Of a stretch of DNA of 64,000 nt, positions 27,846 through 43,598 are shown piece after piece (position 1 is the stretch's first letter; each line of letters begins with the position of its first letter). Source of the stretch: the human T2T-CHM13v2.0 reference genome, Homo sapiens; NCBI RefSeq assembly GCF_009914755.1, contig NC_060933.1; one strand, 5' to 3'. The position numbers were made by a program, and so were the translations under genes. The notes below the pieces were generated by a model. The model was not told where the DNA came from and searched no databases. It saw only the letters and a list, made by a program, of their open reading frames with translations.

Positions 27846-28222
27846 TAAGCATCAATTTTGGCCAAAAAATGCCTCTCTCTGATAAGAGCCTTTCCTCTTT
27901 CACAGCCACAGCTGAGAGGGTGGGTCCCTTTGTGCCAGCAGTGTGGGTTTCTCCACAGCAGGGAACCACTGTTACCCAGTGCAAGGAGGGCCTTTTCAGA
28001 GAGGCATTGATAGGTGTTGATTGGTTTCTGTTTATCTGACAAGGTCCTACCATACACACTGATAGGCACTTGATTTTATGGCTTCCTAATATCTCTTGCA
28101 GAACTTTCTGTGTCAACACTCATATAGTTGCATCACCCGTTCTTTGGCTATCTGGTATCACCTGCTATGCACCACAATTTATTTAACTAGTACCTATTGA
28201 TGGACACATTTGCTGTTTATGA

Positions 28223-28663
<441 letters not shown>

Positions 28664-28728
28664 TGAAAGTACTTAAGTAATGTGTAAAGGTCTTTCTGGT
28701 TTTATTTACTGAATGAATGAGTGAATAA

Positions 28729-29001
<273 letters not shown>

Positions 29002-29929
29002 TGAGTATCGTGCCTTCCCCCTCACCTCCTGCCACCAGGCCTGTGTGGACAATTGGGAATAATTCAGCTTCCTTGTGACTGGCCCCACATGACCCTGGGA
29101 AGAGGCCATGCATTGCCATTTGACAACATGCATGCTGGCCTGTTCTAAAGACATTTCTAACCAAAGCTATCACTTGTGACCCAGTGTTTATTTTGCCCAG
29201 TCTAACTCTAAAATGAACACTCTTTTTGGGCACCGAGGGATGTAATATTTAAAGAAAATGTGATTCAGCCCCATATTCTCCTTTTAATGGCAAATTATAG
29301 GTTGCATAGCACATTCTGTGGTTATCCAACTAAAATTAAAATACTGCAGTTTTTTTACTCAAACTACCCCCTTGATCTCAGACTTTACTTCTATTTTACA
29401 TGAAACAAGATGCCAACAGGAAAGATGTTAAGGAAAAGTTCCTGGGAGTAGCATCCATGAGTGGTGAGTGCAGGTTTGAAGACTTCAGCCTTAGGCCCAC
29501 AGTCATTAGAGGGTCTGTCTGAATCCTGGGTTCTGTTTGCTATCCTCAGTGGTTCAGTGTAAATCTAAATTGTAGAAGGTTCTGAGATACAGGCCAACGT
29601 GGTCAGTCAGTTGTCCAGAGAAGGTAAAGAACTGTCTTTGGGAGGTGTCAACCTTGTTCCCTCGAGGGGGTCTGGTCAAGGTGGCTCAGTGGGGCAGTTG
29701 TCCCTGGGGGAAATGATCCCCTGGTCACCTCTCAGTGTCCCTACAGAGATGCTTACCTTGGAAACATAACCAGAAACAGCGATGCAGCCTCATGGTTTGG
29801 CAATTGGTGAATCCCCAGCCGACTTTGTAAACTTTTCCTAGATTTAGAAGCGTTTTCTCTGCATGTCCATCTATTCAAAGGAATTTCCTCAGACTTCACT
29901 GTCATACCTTGTATTTTAAAAATGATCTT

Positions 29930-30090
29930 AGCTGAGTGCAGTGGCACGCACCTGTAGTCCCAGCTACTCCTGGCAGGAGGATCGCTTCATCCTCACTATG
30001 ATCTCACTATCGTTTGAGGCTAGTTTGAGACCAGCCTGGGCAACATAGTGAGGCCCTGTCTCAAAAAAAGAAAAAAAGAAAAGAAAAGAA
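29930..30090 (+). mobile_element. FLAM-type Alu monomer with internal insertion
   Basis: gtggcacgcacctgtagtcccagctactc...gagaccagcctgggcaacatagtgaggccctgtctc + A-rich tail. Confidence 0.8.
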
Positions 30091-30800
30091 ATTGACCACA
30101 ATACTCTTAAAAAAAAAAAAAAAAAAAAAGGAAGAAGGAAGAGTGGCCCAGGTTGCCACGCGGCAGTGCCTAGAGTGATGGTCTTTAGTGGGATGCAGCC
30201 CCAGCCAGCAGCAGAATGCTGTGGGGAGGGAAGACATTGCCCCTCAGTGGAGGCACCTATGGCTATTTTTGCTGAGGTTTGGCTTCTTACCATCTCAGCA
30301 ATAATTTCCAACATGAATGTCATGGGACCATGCACATAGCATCTTGGCATGTGAAGTCAACCCAAAATAGCATAATCCACACGATGAGGCTGGCCAACTT
30401 CTGCTGGTTAAGAAGCCTGCTCATAGCCTCTTTGGCCACGAAGCTGTTTCTTTTTTCGGAGTTGTCTATTCCCGAAAACAGCAGTTGCATCCTTCATGGC
30501 CATGACTTTTGCTCTCTCCTTCCTTTCTGGGAGATGTATATAAACCCCGTGCAGAAGGCTGGGAGGTGCAGCTCTTGTTTGATGAACATGCCTTGTTCCC
30601 TATCTGCCCTGTACAGACTGACATCTCATGTGTCCTCACAGCACATGTCCCTGACACTGAGGCTTATGGTTTATGCAAGAGAGTCTCAAACTTGCCGTGC
30701 TTCCTATTCAGCTGGTGTCAGAGCTAACCAGGCATGGGCCTGTGAGAGAGGGGCCTGGGCTTCTGTGTTTTCATCGAGCACCCTCTCCTTAGTTGTCTTC

Positions 30801-30850
30801 TTCTCCTGGGTTCTTATTCCTGGGTTCTTATTCTCCTGGGTTCTTATTCC
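30801..30850. repeat. Short tandem repeat, 3 x (ct)cctgggttcttatt
   Basis: Directly visible 14-16-bp unit. Confidence 0.9.
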
Positions 30851-33092
30851 ACTTTATATTGCAGTTGTCCAGTTATCACCCCATAATTGCCAACCTCCCA
30901 GACAATAGCTTCCAAGGCTTTCTCCCTTGTGTTGTCCACAGCTCAGTCCCACACCTTCCCGTGCTCCCTCCACACCTGCAGGGCTCACCTGTGGACTGAT
31001 GGTGCATAGCACCCCATGCCCAGGCCTGGCATCAGGCAGGGTATTAGTGAGAGGGAAGAGCAGAGCTAAGCCTGGGCAGCAAGACCCAGCTTCAGAACCC
31101 ATGTTCCCATGATGGTTGTAGAACCTTAGACTAAGGGAAACTTTCCCCAGGCTCTGCTCCTCTGGGTCTGTGACTGTCTTGAGGATTCAATGAAAATACA
31201 CACCACGTACACCGCACAGCACATGTGGTCATCACTGATGTAGCTTTTCTTCTCTCTTCAGCGCTCTTTCTCCATCATGAGCACCAGGAAAGTCTCCTTG
31301 TCAGGGTATCTTATGGTGTTTTTAACAGAGAAAGTGTGAGGAAACACCTTGGAGGGGTTTGCCACCTGGCAATTTCACCTCTTGACAACCTTTCATCTCC
31401 TACAGAACCTGGCTGGGGTTCTTGGCTGTTGCTGGGTGTGTAAACCTTCCTTGTTGCAGTGTAGTGGGCGTGTTATACTGTGAGTGTTTGAATATGGTTG
31501 TGTATGCTTGTGGAGAGCAGGGAGAGTTTGCCAGCATACTGGATACAGTCCAAGTCTACCATGCTTCCAGCACGGGGCAGGGTCTGCATCCCTGAATACA
31601 ACGTCTCCCAAGTCCAGGTTGCCTAGACGTTGGTCCAGATTCTTTCATCTTTAGAAGTGTTTGTTTGTGTGTTTCTTTCATGGGAAATAGAGCTAAAAGG
31701 CTCCAGGGAACTCTTGTAAACCATCACCAGATCCTGTGGCTGCCCTCTCAGTGTGAGTGCGTCAGCTCCTGATTCACTGTGGGAGTCTGTCCTATATTCC
31801 CCTGTTGGGTCAGGCCAACGTTGCAGGAAGTCCCAGACCTGGTTTTGAATCATCCAAATCTGCCCTACTTGCAGATAGTTTTATAAAATGTACATTATTT
31901 GCAACGAATAGCCACAGCACAAGGTCTTTGGAGTCAGAACTAGATTCCAGTCACTGCTGGATGTCCTCACTGAGCCAGCTGCTGTTTTTTTCCCACTGTT
32001 CTTCTCGGGCCTTCATTCAGATTCTCCTAACGAATGTGCTCATGTCTACTTTCCAATCATCATGTCAGCTAATCCATCCATGGACCAACATTACTGGAGT
32101 CTGTAGTTGCATGAAGCACTAAGTGCCAGGCACCATTCTGGACTTTGGGAAGGGAGAAGTGAATCAGCAAGCACCTGCCCTCATGGACCCTGCATTTCAG
32201 TGGGAGAAAAGACACTGAACAATAGGAAAGAACTGCATTTAAGTAAGGGCGTAGAGCACACTGGGGTATGGATGCTGGGTCTTCTTTCTGCTGCGTGGGG
32301 AGGATGGACCTTGCTATGAGGGAGGCCATTGAGAAGAGGCCTGAAGGCAGCGAGGAACCATCCCCACCCAGGGAATGGCAAATTCGAATGCCCTGTGGCA
32401 GGAGCGTGCCTGGGGAGCAGGGCACCCACAGAGGCCAGTGTCACTGGCAGAGAGTGAGTGGAGAAGGGTGGAGTTGAGGGCCAGGTTGCAGAGCACTCAC
32501 GGCACTGGGAGGACCCTGCTTTGGGCAAGTTGGGGGGGCTGTCTTTAGGAAGCAAAGGGCCAGGGCCAGCTGACATTCGGTGGGCTCTGCCTGGCTGCCA
32601 CATCATCGGTTTGCTGTGGGGAGTTGTGCCTGTACATATACTTGCAAACCAAATGTGTTGATTTTTTTATCGTGATTTCAGGGCCTTCACTTTCTCATGC
32701 CTGAGCATCAGTCAGTTTGTCTCCGCTCTGATCTCCTGTCCACCCCACCCACCGTGCTTTTACCTGGGTCCTGTACAGGCCTGTGGGCTGGCCCTTAAGA
32801 GGTTTTCAATGAATGCTTGTCACCTAAATCAATGAATTGTTTGGATCCATTCTCCATCTCCCAGCTTGTTTTTGCTTTCCACTTCCTGACATGTAGTAAT
32901 ACCACTGTAGTTCTGTATGGGGGCAGCTCCACACCTGTCTATGTTGGGGAAGGAATGGGGATTCTTGCACCTCTTTCTACCTCCTCTTAAATCATTACTG
33001 ATGGACAGATGCAGGGACACAGCAATAGATATAGAAATATAAAAACATGACACTGCGCACTCTATGGTTTGTAAGATTCACTTTCTCTGGGT

Positions 33093-33320
33093 AGGAGGCA
33101 GTGTGGCCTGTTAACAACATACCATTCGGGTTGTCTGGCCTCAAATGCTGGCTCCACCTTATCACCAGCTATGGGACCTTGAGCAAGTTACTCAGTGGTC
33201 TGTTTCCTTCATTTCTTTGTCTGTAAAATGGCTTTAATGTCATCTCTGACTCTTAGAGTCATTGAGGGTTATAGAGTATCATAAACCGAAGGCCTGCTGC
33301 ACGGTGCTTGGCACCGAACG
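33093..33320 (+). mobile_element. MIR
   Basis: ggaccttgagcaagttact...tctgtaaaatgg...gcacggtgcttggcac. Confidence 0.7.
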
Positions 33321-33594
33321 AAGCAGCTTCACCCCACTCCTGCAGTGGCCTGGACCACACTTGGATACATCAGTAACATACACTGAAGGTCAGGTCCTCC
33401 ATGCAAACTCTTTCCATCCCTGCATCACAGGTGTACCATGACCTCTGCAGGTGAGTCATTCTTCTGCAGGTGAGAAAACCAGGCAGGTCCCCCTTATCCT
33501 TCCCTTCTCTTCTTCAGTCTGCAGTAGGTGTGTTTATTTCCACTCTGTGGCTATGAATAGATAGAGTGAGAGTCACTGGCCATAAAAGGATTCA

Positions 33595-33978
<384 letters not shown>

Positions 33979-35217
33979 TTATTTTTGCATTGCAAGCCAT
34001 AAACTAATCAAGAGGATTTTACTAGTTTGGTGGATAATATGGGTAAACAAAATCCCAGCGATTACTCTTCACACTTTCATCGTGAGTACCAATATGCTGT
34101 CTCCACCATTCAGATGCCAGCATTTCAGTCTGAGAATCGCTTTACGTGGAAAGTGGCATTGGTAAGAATTGGACTAAAAGGTAAAAAAAAAAAAAAAAGA
34201 ATTCCTGAAATGCATGCACCTCCATAGCCATCACAAAATGCCTTTGCTCAAACAGACCTTGAAAACACTGAGGGTAAGGCAGCATATTTTGGAGATCAAA
34301 ATCTGATTATAAATCCTAGGTAATGCAGTTCAAAATGCAGATGATGGAAGCAGATTACGTCTGGGAGATGCTGTCCAACTCGGATCCCAGTTTTCTCTCC
34401 TCAGAACTATATGTGAAATCCACTTACAGTGAGAGTACACCTGAGCTAGAGGGCATTTACCACTTAAGGGGGCTAAACTTATTGTTTTTCAAACAAGAAC
34501 TCGGGTGTGGAGGAGCTTGTCCAAGGCAGGAAGGCAAAACCAGGTCCCTGATGTTGTCTGGGGCTAAGCAGAAACAGCAGCCAGCAACCAAATCCATCTC
34601 CAGATGGATCCATCTCCACAACCACAGGCCCCTCCCTATTCCCCATGCAAGATGCAGCACCAGGGCATGTCCATGTGAAAACTCAGAACACACAGAGGCG
34701 TCCATCAGCTTTCCCCTCTCTTGTGTCCTGTCCACAGAGCTTACCCACACCATTCAGGAGTGACTTTGAGAAGGTAGTTACAGGGCCTTTGCACATGTGC
34801 TTGAAGAATAACGAATATAAACAGAGGCTCTTTGTGGAGGGGCTGGGCAGTGTGGGTCAGTGGTTGTCCCTCACAGCCGCCTGTGGCATTTCTGGAGGTG
34901 ATGTTCATCACCTGGCCTTTGCTATATAAGCACTGCCCTTGTCTGGGGTCTAGCTGGCCAGAAGCGAGCACTGGAGGGGGAGTCCTCCAGCCCACGTTTG
35001 GTGGGTGAGGGTCAGAGTGCTGCCTTGTTGGTGACGTCAGGGACCAAGGCAAGGGAGAGGAGCTGAGTGGGGAAGGAGATCCCCTGCCCCCAGAGGCCTT
35101 GTATAGCAGCACAGTTTGCTATTTTGAGAAGCTAGTCACAGCTGTCTGTGAAAAATGAATTTGTTAGGAAAAGGAAACAAAGCTTACTTTATAAAAATTA
35201 TATATCCCTTCCCCAAA

Positions 35218-35618
35218 AGGGAGGATCCAGGATTGAGGGGTCCGAAGCATATACAATTTGAAGACTCTCTTATTTTTTTAAAAATATAAAATAAGGCATA
35301 CAATAGAATGTATTTTTTGGACTAAGGAAAAAAATTCAATAAATTAGAATTTTTTTAAAGGCTGGTCAATACTACAAGCATACAAACTTTAGAAAAGATA
35401 ATGTAATATTTTAATTAACTGCCTGACACGTCTCTATAACACCTTTTGTTTCCTCCATGTCCTTGACTTCACTGTGTTTGACTACATCTTAGTTCAACAA
35501 TATTTAATAATATATTTGTCTATATATAGAAAAAGAGACTATTCATTCCTTCCTCTAGGTTCACACTTCATTATTAATAATATCATGTACATTTTTAGAA
35601 TCCTTGTCAAATTTGGGA
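35218..35618. mobile_element. hAT-Tip100 fossil (Zaphod/MER115-like)
   Basis: ggatccagg...gaagcatatacaattt; aattaactgcctgacac; tttttagaatccttgtcaaatttggga resemble the recalled consensus. Confidence 0.55.
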
Positions 35619-36760
35619 GGGGAAGATAAAGTAGAACAGAGTGAGCTTCCCTGGCTGTGACTAAAATATCTTTTGCAATCTGTACAAAACCTAAGGCCGT
35701 GCAGTCACATTGCTGGGCTCCTCTTGGTCTGGAGGAGGCTGTGATCAACTCCTCTCTGACCCTCATCCACTTGGTTCACACAATGTGGTTTATTGCCATT
35801 GTGCACAGCCAATTCTCCCACACACATCGCTCTGCTAAAATGTAATGGGATGTGGCCTTCATTTCATCTTATAAATGATCTTAGAATGGAAATGCTCTAA
35901 AAAGTCCATGCCAGGCAAAATTTTAAAGATGGAAGTATTGTTTCTTTGTATTAAGTGTATTGTTTTTGGCTAAGAGTCCTTGTAAATCTTACAAAGCCAA
36001 GAACAATTTCAAGGTGACCTTTAAGACGCATAAGTGGCTGCTCTCCAAATAGCTCGATTAATGTTAAAAATAAAAGGTAGTATTTCAGATTTGTGGATGG
36101 AGTCGTCCAACCAGTAAGTCACCAATGCTATTTTAACTACAGTTTCTACCTTCTGACTTTAGAAAAAAAAGTTACAAAAACAGTCATTCATTCAACAAAA
36201 TAGGCATGTTTTCAACCAGACATGCAGCAGGCATTGTGATAGGACTTGGCTACTGTGAGGAATAAGTCAGACCTTAGTCCCTGCCCTCACCGGACTTTGA
36301 CTGCAGGGGGAAGATGACAAACGCAAGCTGATGTGCTGCGAAGTCTGCAATGCATGGCAGTAGGTCCCCTCCACCACGACACTGGGCCTACGCAGCATGA
36401 TCTTGATTTTGTTTTCATTTACTTGTTTATAGTCCCCACCCCCACTTGTGCTGGATGCACAAGGGCAGAGATGGGGCTGTTGCCTTCACGAGTGCAACCC
36501 AGCACCTAGAACATGGTCTTGGTGGGAAAAATCTCTCTGGGTAAAGGAACATTCTGGCTGCTAACTTGAATGGTGGCCACTACTTGGATAGGAGGAGGGA
36601 CAACATGGTTCATCGGGCCTGTCTCAGGTGCCCAGGCTGGACTATCATCTAGTGTGTCGCTAACTATAGGAACTGGGAAGTGGCCTTCAGAGCAAGTGGG
36701 CTGACTGGATTTGGCAGAGCTTGACACCTCACCAGGCAGATGCAACAAAAGAGCAGGGCA

Positions 36761-37320
36761 GACCCAGCCATCCCATTACTGGGTATATACCCAAAGGACT
36801 ATAAATCATGCTGCTATAAAGACACATGCACACGTATGTTTATTGCAGCACTATTCACAATAGCAAAGACTTGGAACCAACCCAGATGTCCAACAATGAT
36901 AGACTGGATTAAGAAAATGTGGCACATATACACCATGGAATACTATGCAGCCATAAAAAGTGATGAGTTCATGTCCTTTGTAGGGACACGGATGAAATTG
37001 GAAATCATCATTCTCAGTAAACTATCGCAAGGACAAAAAAACAAACACCGCATGTTCTCACTCATAGGTGGGAACTGAACATTGAGAACACATGGACACA
37101 GGAAGGGGAACATCACACTCTGGGGACTGTTGTGGGGTGGGAGGAGCGGGGAGGGATAGCTTTAGGAGATATACCTAATGCTAAATGACAAGTTAATGGG
37201 TGCAGCACACCAGCATGGCACATGTATACATATGTAACTAACCTGCACATTGTGCACATGTACCCTAAAACTTAAAGTATAATAATAATAAAATAAAATA
37301 AAATAAAAAAGAAAAAAAAG
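36761..37320 (+). mobile_element. 5'-truncated young L1PA (L1PA3-like) 3' end
   Basis: Intact ORF2 C-terminus (DPAIPLLGIYPKDYK...HRMFSLIGGN*), 3' UTR and A-rich tail; TSD agagcagggcag at 36750-36761 and 37321-37332. Confidence 0.96.
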
Positions 37321-38394
37321 AGAGCAGGGCAGCAAGAGATTCACGGGGTAGCATGGGTATGGTGGCCAGGGCAGGCCTGGATGCCTGCAGGAGAGGGAGG
37401 GAAGTGAAGCGGTGGATGCCGAGTGGGTGTGCGGGAGCCCGGGCATCTACAGAACCCCAGTCCGAGCCCCAGGAGGCAGCACCATGTCATGGTCACGTGG
37501 TGCCCTGAGACCATTTTGGTGCCCTGAGATTCTATGGATGGTGGCAGAGTTTTCCTTGATGGTGGCAGACTGGCCGGGTGGTGGAGGGATTGGCACGTGG
37601 CTGCCCCAGGCCACACCATGAGGTGTTGAGAGAGATCCTGGCTGCTCAGCTGCCCCGAGTGTGCAGCATGGAGCAGGGGCGGCTGCTCTGACGGCTCACA
37701 GCAGGAGAGGCACCTGGAGAGCTGGGCTGTGATCAGGCCCAGTAGTTTGCAGATGTCTGGAGAGAAACTGAGTCAGAGAGGAAGCCCAGGAGGTTGTGAG
37801 CCTCAGCGATCTGAGAGGCATGCATGTTGAAGAGTGAGTGAGGAGGATGGGAAGCCTGCAGGCTTGGTGGGTCCTAAAGTTGCAAGAACATCACTGTCCC
37901 CTGCAGCTAAGTGGGCCTGATGTACTCCACTCAGGCCACAGTTGCTGTACATGATCTCTTGGGACCCTAGAAGTGCTCCTTTCCATGATAGCTCTTTAAT
38001 ACATTAGTTAAAACGATTCCCAGGAAGCCCTTGTTCCAAGTATGCAGGATCAGATAAAAAGCGCAGAAACCCTCAGAGCAGGGACCGACTGTGAGTGCAG
38101 TTTGCCCTCAGAGGCCTTGGTAGTCACCCCTTCCCAACCCCCATGCCACCACTGAATCCCCATGTGGCTTGTTCTTATATGCCCTGCAGCTGAAATTCAG
38201 GTGCCCTCCTGACCTTCCTTCCCCTGTCCATTTTGAAAAGAAATAAGCAGTGTAATCTTTGAGTCATCCCTTTTGTACTAGCCAAGTTCCAGGTGCAGCA
38301 TGACACACTCGTTATCTCCACCTCTCTTCTCCCCTTCCTTTCCCTCATGTCTGCACACACTCCCATCCCCTCACTTCTTCCCCCTACAGCCCGC

Positions 38395-38415
38395 CTCTCT
38401 CTCTCTCACACACAC

Positions 38416-38461
<46 letters not shown>
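38395..38461. repeat. Compound (CT)n(CA)n microsatellite
   Basis: Directly visible. Confidence 0.97.
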
Positions 38462-38464
<3 letters not shown>

Positions 38465-39088
38465 AGAACCGCGGCTGCATATCATCTCCTGTGGACCTGT
38501 GCACAACCTGTGGGGCCCAACTTAAAGTACTGCATCCATTCTCCGTGGTTTATCCTAATTTAGGTTTGTTTCCTGGTCATATAGAATACTGAAGTATATG
38601 TCTTTAGGAACTGTCTCAATTTCTTAGAGAAATGGGATATACGTGAATAAAATTTTTATGATTCCCTTATACTGAGTCCCACTTGCACTGCAAAGGATTA
38701 ATAACATCTGTTTCCAAAGCAAGGCGTCACCTGCCATGCAAGCCACCTGCTGGGGAGGGGAGGTGAAGGGTGTGAGCATTGGTGAGAGGTGTTGTTCTCA
38801 TGTTCAAGGTGACAGGTATGTTATCTGGTGTCCCCAGGCTGGGTCCCACCCAGGGCCTGCTCCTGGACGAGGGCTGTATGGCTCTGATTTGCACACCCCT
38901 GATTCTGGTGGACACAACCCTTTTTCTTAGAAAGCCAGAATCACTGTATCTTCTAGTCCTTAGCTGCATAAAAAAATGGGGTGCAAAACTTCTCTGGACT
39001 GTCTATTCTTATTGTTCATTGGTTTATCCTGCAGGGCCACCCATGGAGCCCGTAACTTAAGATGCACAAATGAGCTATTGAGTGAATA

Positions 39089-39111
39089 TGTGTGTGTGTG
39101 TGTGTGTGTGG

Positions 39112-39143
<32 letters not shown>

Positions 39144-39150
39144 GACAGAG
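39089..39150. repeat. Compound (TG)n(AG)n microsatellite
   Basis: Directly visible. Confidence 0.97.
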
Positions 39151-39509
39151 AAAAAGAAAGAACCATCTGGAGGGCTGGCAAAAGCACAGATGTCTGCGTT
39201 CCATCCCCTGAGTTTTTAATTCACAGGTCTGTGTAAGGACTCTTCCATTTGCATTCCTGCCAAGTTCTCAAATGATGCTGATGCTGCTGCTCTGGGGATA
39301 TGGTGTGAGCCTGTTTGAGATACCTGTTACCTACCTGGGCTGGATTAACAACTATGATCATTTGAGATTTTCATAGTTCATTGGAGGGTCTGTAACTGCA
39401 TTTGCAGTTGCAATTCCTGCAAAATGCCCAAATACTGTATTATTGGACTGGTTCCGATAAAGTTATCTTTGAAAATGCCTCTATTTCTAGAAACTTAAGT
39501 TAGATAGTA

Positions 39510-39675
39510 AAGAAATTCAGGCCATGAGTCAGACAGGCCCTGCCACTTAATAGCTCTGTGATTTGGACAACTTAATTTTGCTCTCTGAGCCTCTGTTTCC
39601 TCAGTAATAAAATGGGGAGACTGATGTTTTATCTGAGTCATTATGGAGATGACTTAAGTAATGTGTATAAAGCTA
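39510..39675 (+). mobile_element. MIR
   Basis: ctgccacttaatagctctgtgatttggacaac...ctctgagcctctgtttcctc...taaaatgggg. Confidence 0.75.
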
Positions 39676-42494
39676 AGCCAATGGTTCTCATGTCTCTGTG
39701 GTTCCTACATCCATGAATTCTTTTCTTTCATCAGTTCTGAAAAACATCTTGCTACTTTTTTCTTCAAATATTGCTCTCTGTTGTTCTTGCCCATTTCTTC
39801 CTTCAGAGACTCCTATTAAATACAGTTTGACCTTCTCAATTCATCCTTTATATTTTTTATTTTCCCTTGCCTTTTCTGTGTCCTGTGCTATGAGTAACGT
39901 CGTTGAATTATTCTTCCAGCGCACTAATTTTTCCTTCATTTGTGTCCAATCTGCTCTTACGCTCATTCACTGATTTTTTTTAATTACATTTTTTAGAAAA
40001 TTTCTAGCAGTTCTGTTTGTTTGTTTGTTTGTTTGTTTTTTCAAATATTTCTGGGGCATTTTTAGAGTATCTTATTGGTTGCTAATTTCCATGGTTCCGT
40101 TTTTTATTTTGTTAAACATTTCATAGTTTATATTCTATATCTGATTATTCTACTACCGAAACTTTTGGAGGATGTAAATCTCTCTCTCTTTCCCTCCCTA
40201 CCCCTTTTCTCATAACTCATGCTTCCTTATGTTTTCAGTGATCTTTCTGAGCTTATGCCTGATTGATATTAATCTGTGGGAATCCTGAGTATTCGATGCT
40301 GGGAACACTTTCCTCCAGAGTTGAAGGGGATTTCCTCTTCACAGGTCCTTGCTTTAAGGTGGGAATCCCACATACAGGTGCTCACTGGGCTGCTGGCCTG
40401 AGATTCTGTCCCTGTCCACAGCTGTGCTGATATTGGCATTGGCCCTTTGGCCAAACCCACTTTAATTGCTCTCATTTGCCACTCACTTTTTGCTGTTCAA
40501 GTTTCAACTCACTTTTTGTCCTATACTTCAATTTCAAAAGTGAATTTGCGGCTTAGGAAAAACCTTTTCCTTGTTCATTGAGGAATGAGACTGTGTTAGG
40601 CTGTCACGAGCCTCCTTTGCCACAACAAAAACTCTGTTCCATCAGTGCTTTCATATGCTGCCGTAATTGATCAAAGTATGCCATTTTATTTGACACATGT
40701 GGTTTTGCAGACCTAGGTCATCATAAAGAGTCATGACCTGTCTGAAGTTAAAACTTCAAAGAGAGTTGTGGGCTGATGTCAATATCACTTCATTGATGCT
40801 GATCAAAGTCTCCTTGAAGCTGAAAGACAAGATGCGTTAAATAATTCCACCTTCATGAACTAAAGCAGAGGGAGAGAATGAGAGGGCGTTTGTAATAAAA
40901 TGTTTTAAACGACAGGTGTGTTAAAACAGCTTGGTGTGGCCTCAGATAGGGATTGTGTACTGATCTTGCTCTTCTTTGTGTGGAATGCACATGTGCCTCA
41001 GTAGTGCTATGGCGCAAGGCAGAAGCACTCAGAAGTTGCATTATCTATATCTTTCATGGATCAGTAAAGCTGGCATTTCTCCTGCCTCTTGCTGACATAC
41101 ACACTGTTCAGGACCTCATTCGCTCCCACATCCTCCTCTTCCCCTCTCCCAGCTCTCTTTGAGAAACCACTGTTGGGAGATGGCTCTGAGTGAGAACTGC
41201 CCACCCAACCCAGCACAGGCCCCCTCTGTCCATCTGCCCAGCCCACCTTAGCCACAGTGAGCATTCATCCTTTGCACATCTAATGCACACAGCCAATCCC
41301 AGGCATCTTCCTTCCCCTTGTATGAGTCTGACAACTGACCCGGTGATACTCTACTCTGCCATGGAAAAAAAAATGGCAGGGGAGAATGAGAACACCTAGT
41401 GGGCTGGAATGTGCCCGGCTTTTCTGTTCCGTCTACAGCAGATACAGGCAGTGTCCCCCTAGCCCTGGGGAGGCCACCTTGAGTGCCTCACTACTTCTTA
41501 CATCCTCACTTTCCCCTTGGTGCCCGGGCATCACCTCTGTATATTCTCTCTCCCCTAGGAGGGTGCAGGAGAGTAGAGGAGTCCAGCCCTTCCAGGCCAT
41601 GCCCCAGCAGAGTCAACATGCCTCACCTTTGGATAGTGTTCTAGTGTCTGTGAGGCACAAGGCCTGCTCACCCCAGAGGCCAAGGCTGCCTACCCTGGGA
41701 AAGTAGACATGCCGCAGGTCAAGGACTGTCTCAAGACCAGTTAGGACAGCTTCTCAGCATCATCTCAAGCTCAAGCCCTGGAAATCTCAGGCTTTGCAAT
41801 AGCAAAACACAAATCTGTTAACTTACTCCTCCCAAGACAATTACTGGGAAAAAATATTTTGTAAATATTCAAAGGCTTCTGTGAACAGCCTGAGGCCAGA
41901 TGACCCTGAAGGCGGAAGGCAGCAAGCCAGACAGGAGCCAGGAGCCTTGCCTGTGTGCACGCCCTCTCTGGGTGTCTGTAGAGCCATAAGCCTGGGTGGG
42001 TGTGCTGATGCCACCACCAGGGCAAAGCTCTCAGTAAGAGGACACAGCCAAGAGGAGGAGCAAGCCTTCCAAATCAGTTTGTCTCCTATGTTTAATTAAA
42101 AATAGCCTGGTCCAGGATCTGCCTGCAGCCAACAGATACCTCACAGTTGCTGGTGGTTAATGTCGCGAGCCTTCTGGTCTTTGCCACCTACAGATGCTGG
42201 GCCTGTGGGTTTCCTTTCTCTGCTCTTGTTTCCTGCCACCTGCCACAGGGGGCTGCCCAGGCCACATGTCCATGGTCACTACCTATACCTTCCAGTTACC
42301 TGTTGCCAGGACTGGCCAGGGCTGCTTGGTGGAGCACAGGAAGAGAGGGGATCGCCTGCAGAACCTGTCCTCTTGAAGAGCCTCAAGGAAGTGAGGCCTT
42401 TGCAGAAACTGCTTGTTCCAAAGCAAAGGGCACTCTCTGTTTCCTCTGGGTTGCTCTCTATTTCCTCCTGGTACCAGCTCTCTTTTTATACTGC

Positions 42495-43598
<1,104 letters not shown>

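Noticed and set aside
30279-30908. 209-aa intronic ORF
   Set aside because: Non-ATG start, no recognisable domain, and it runs through a tandem repeat; consistent with chance.
36740-37078. 112-aa ORF
   Set aside because: L1 ORF2 C-terminus of a 5'-truncated copy; it cannot retrotranspose.
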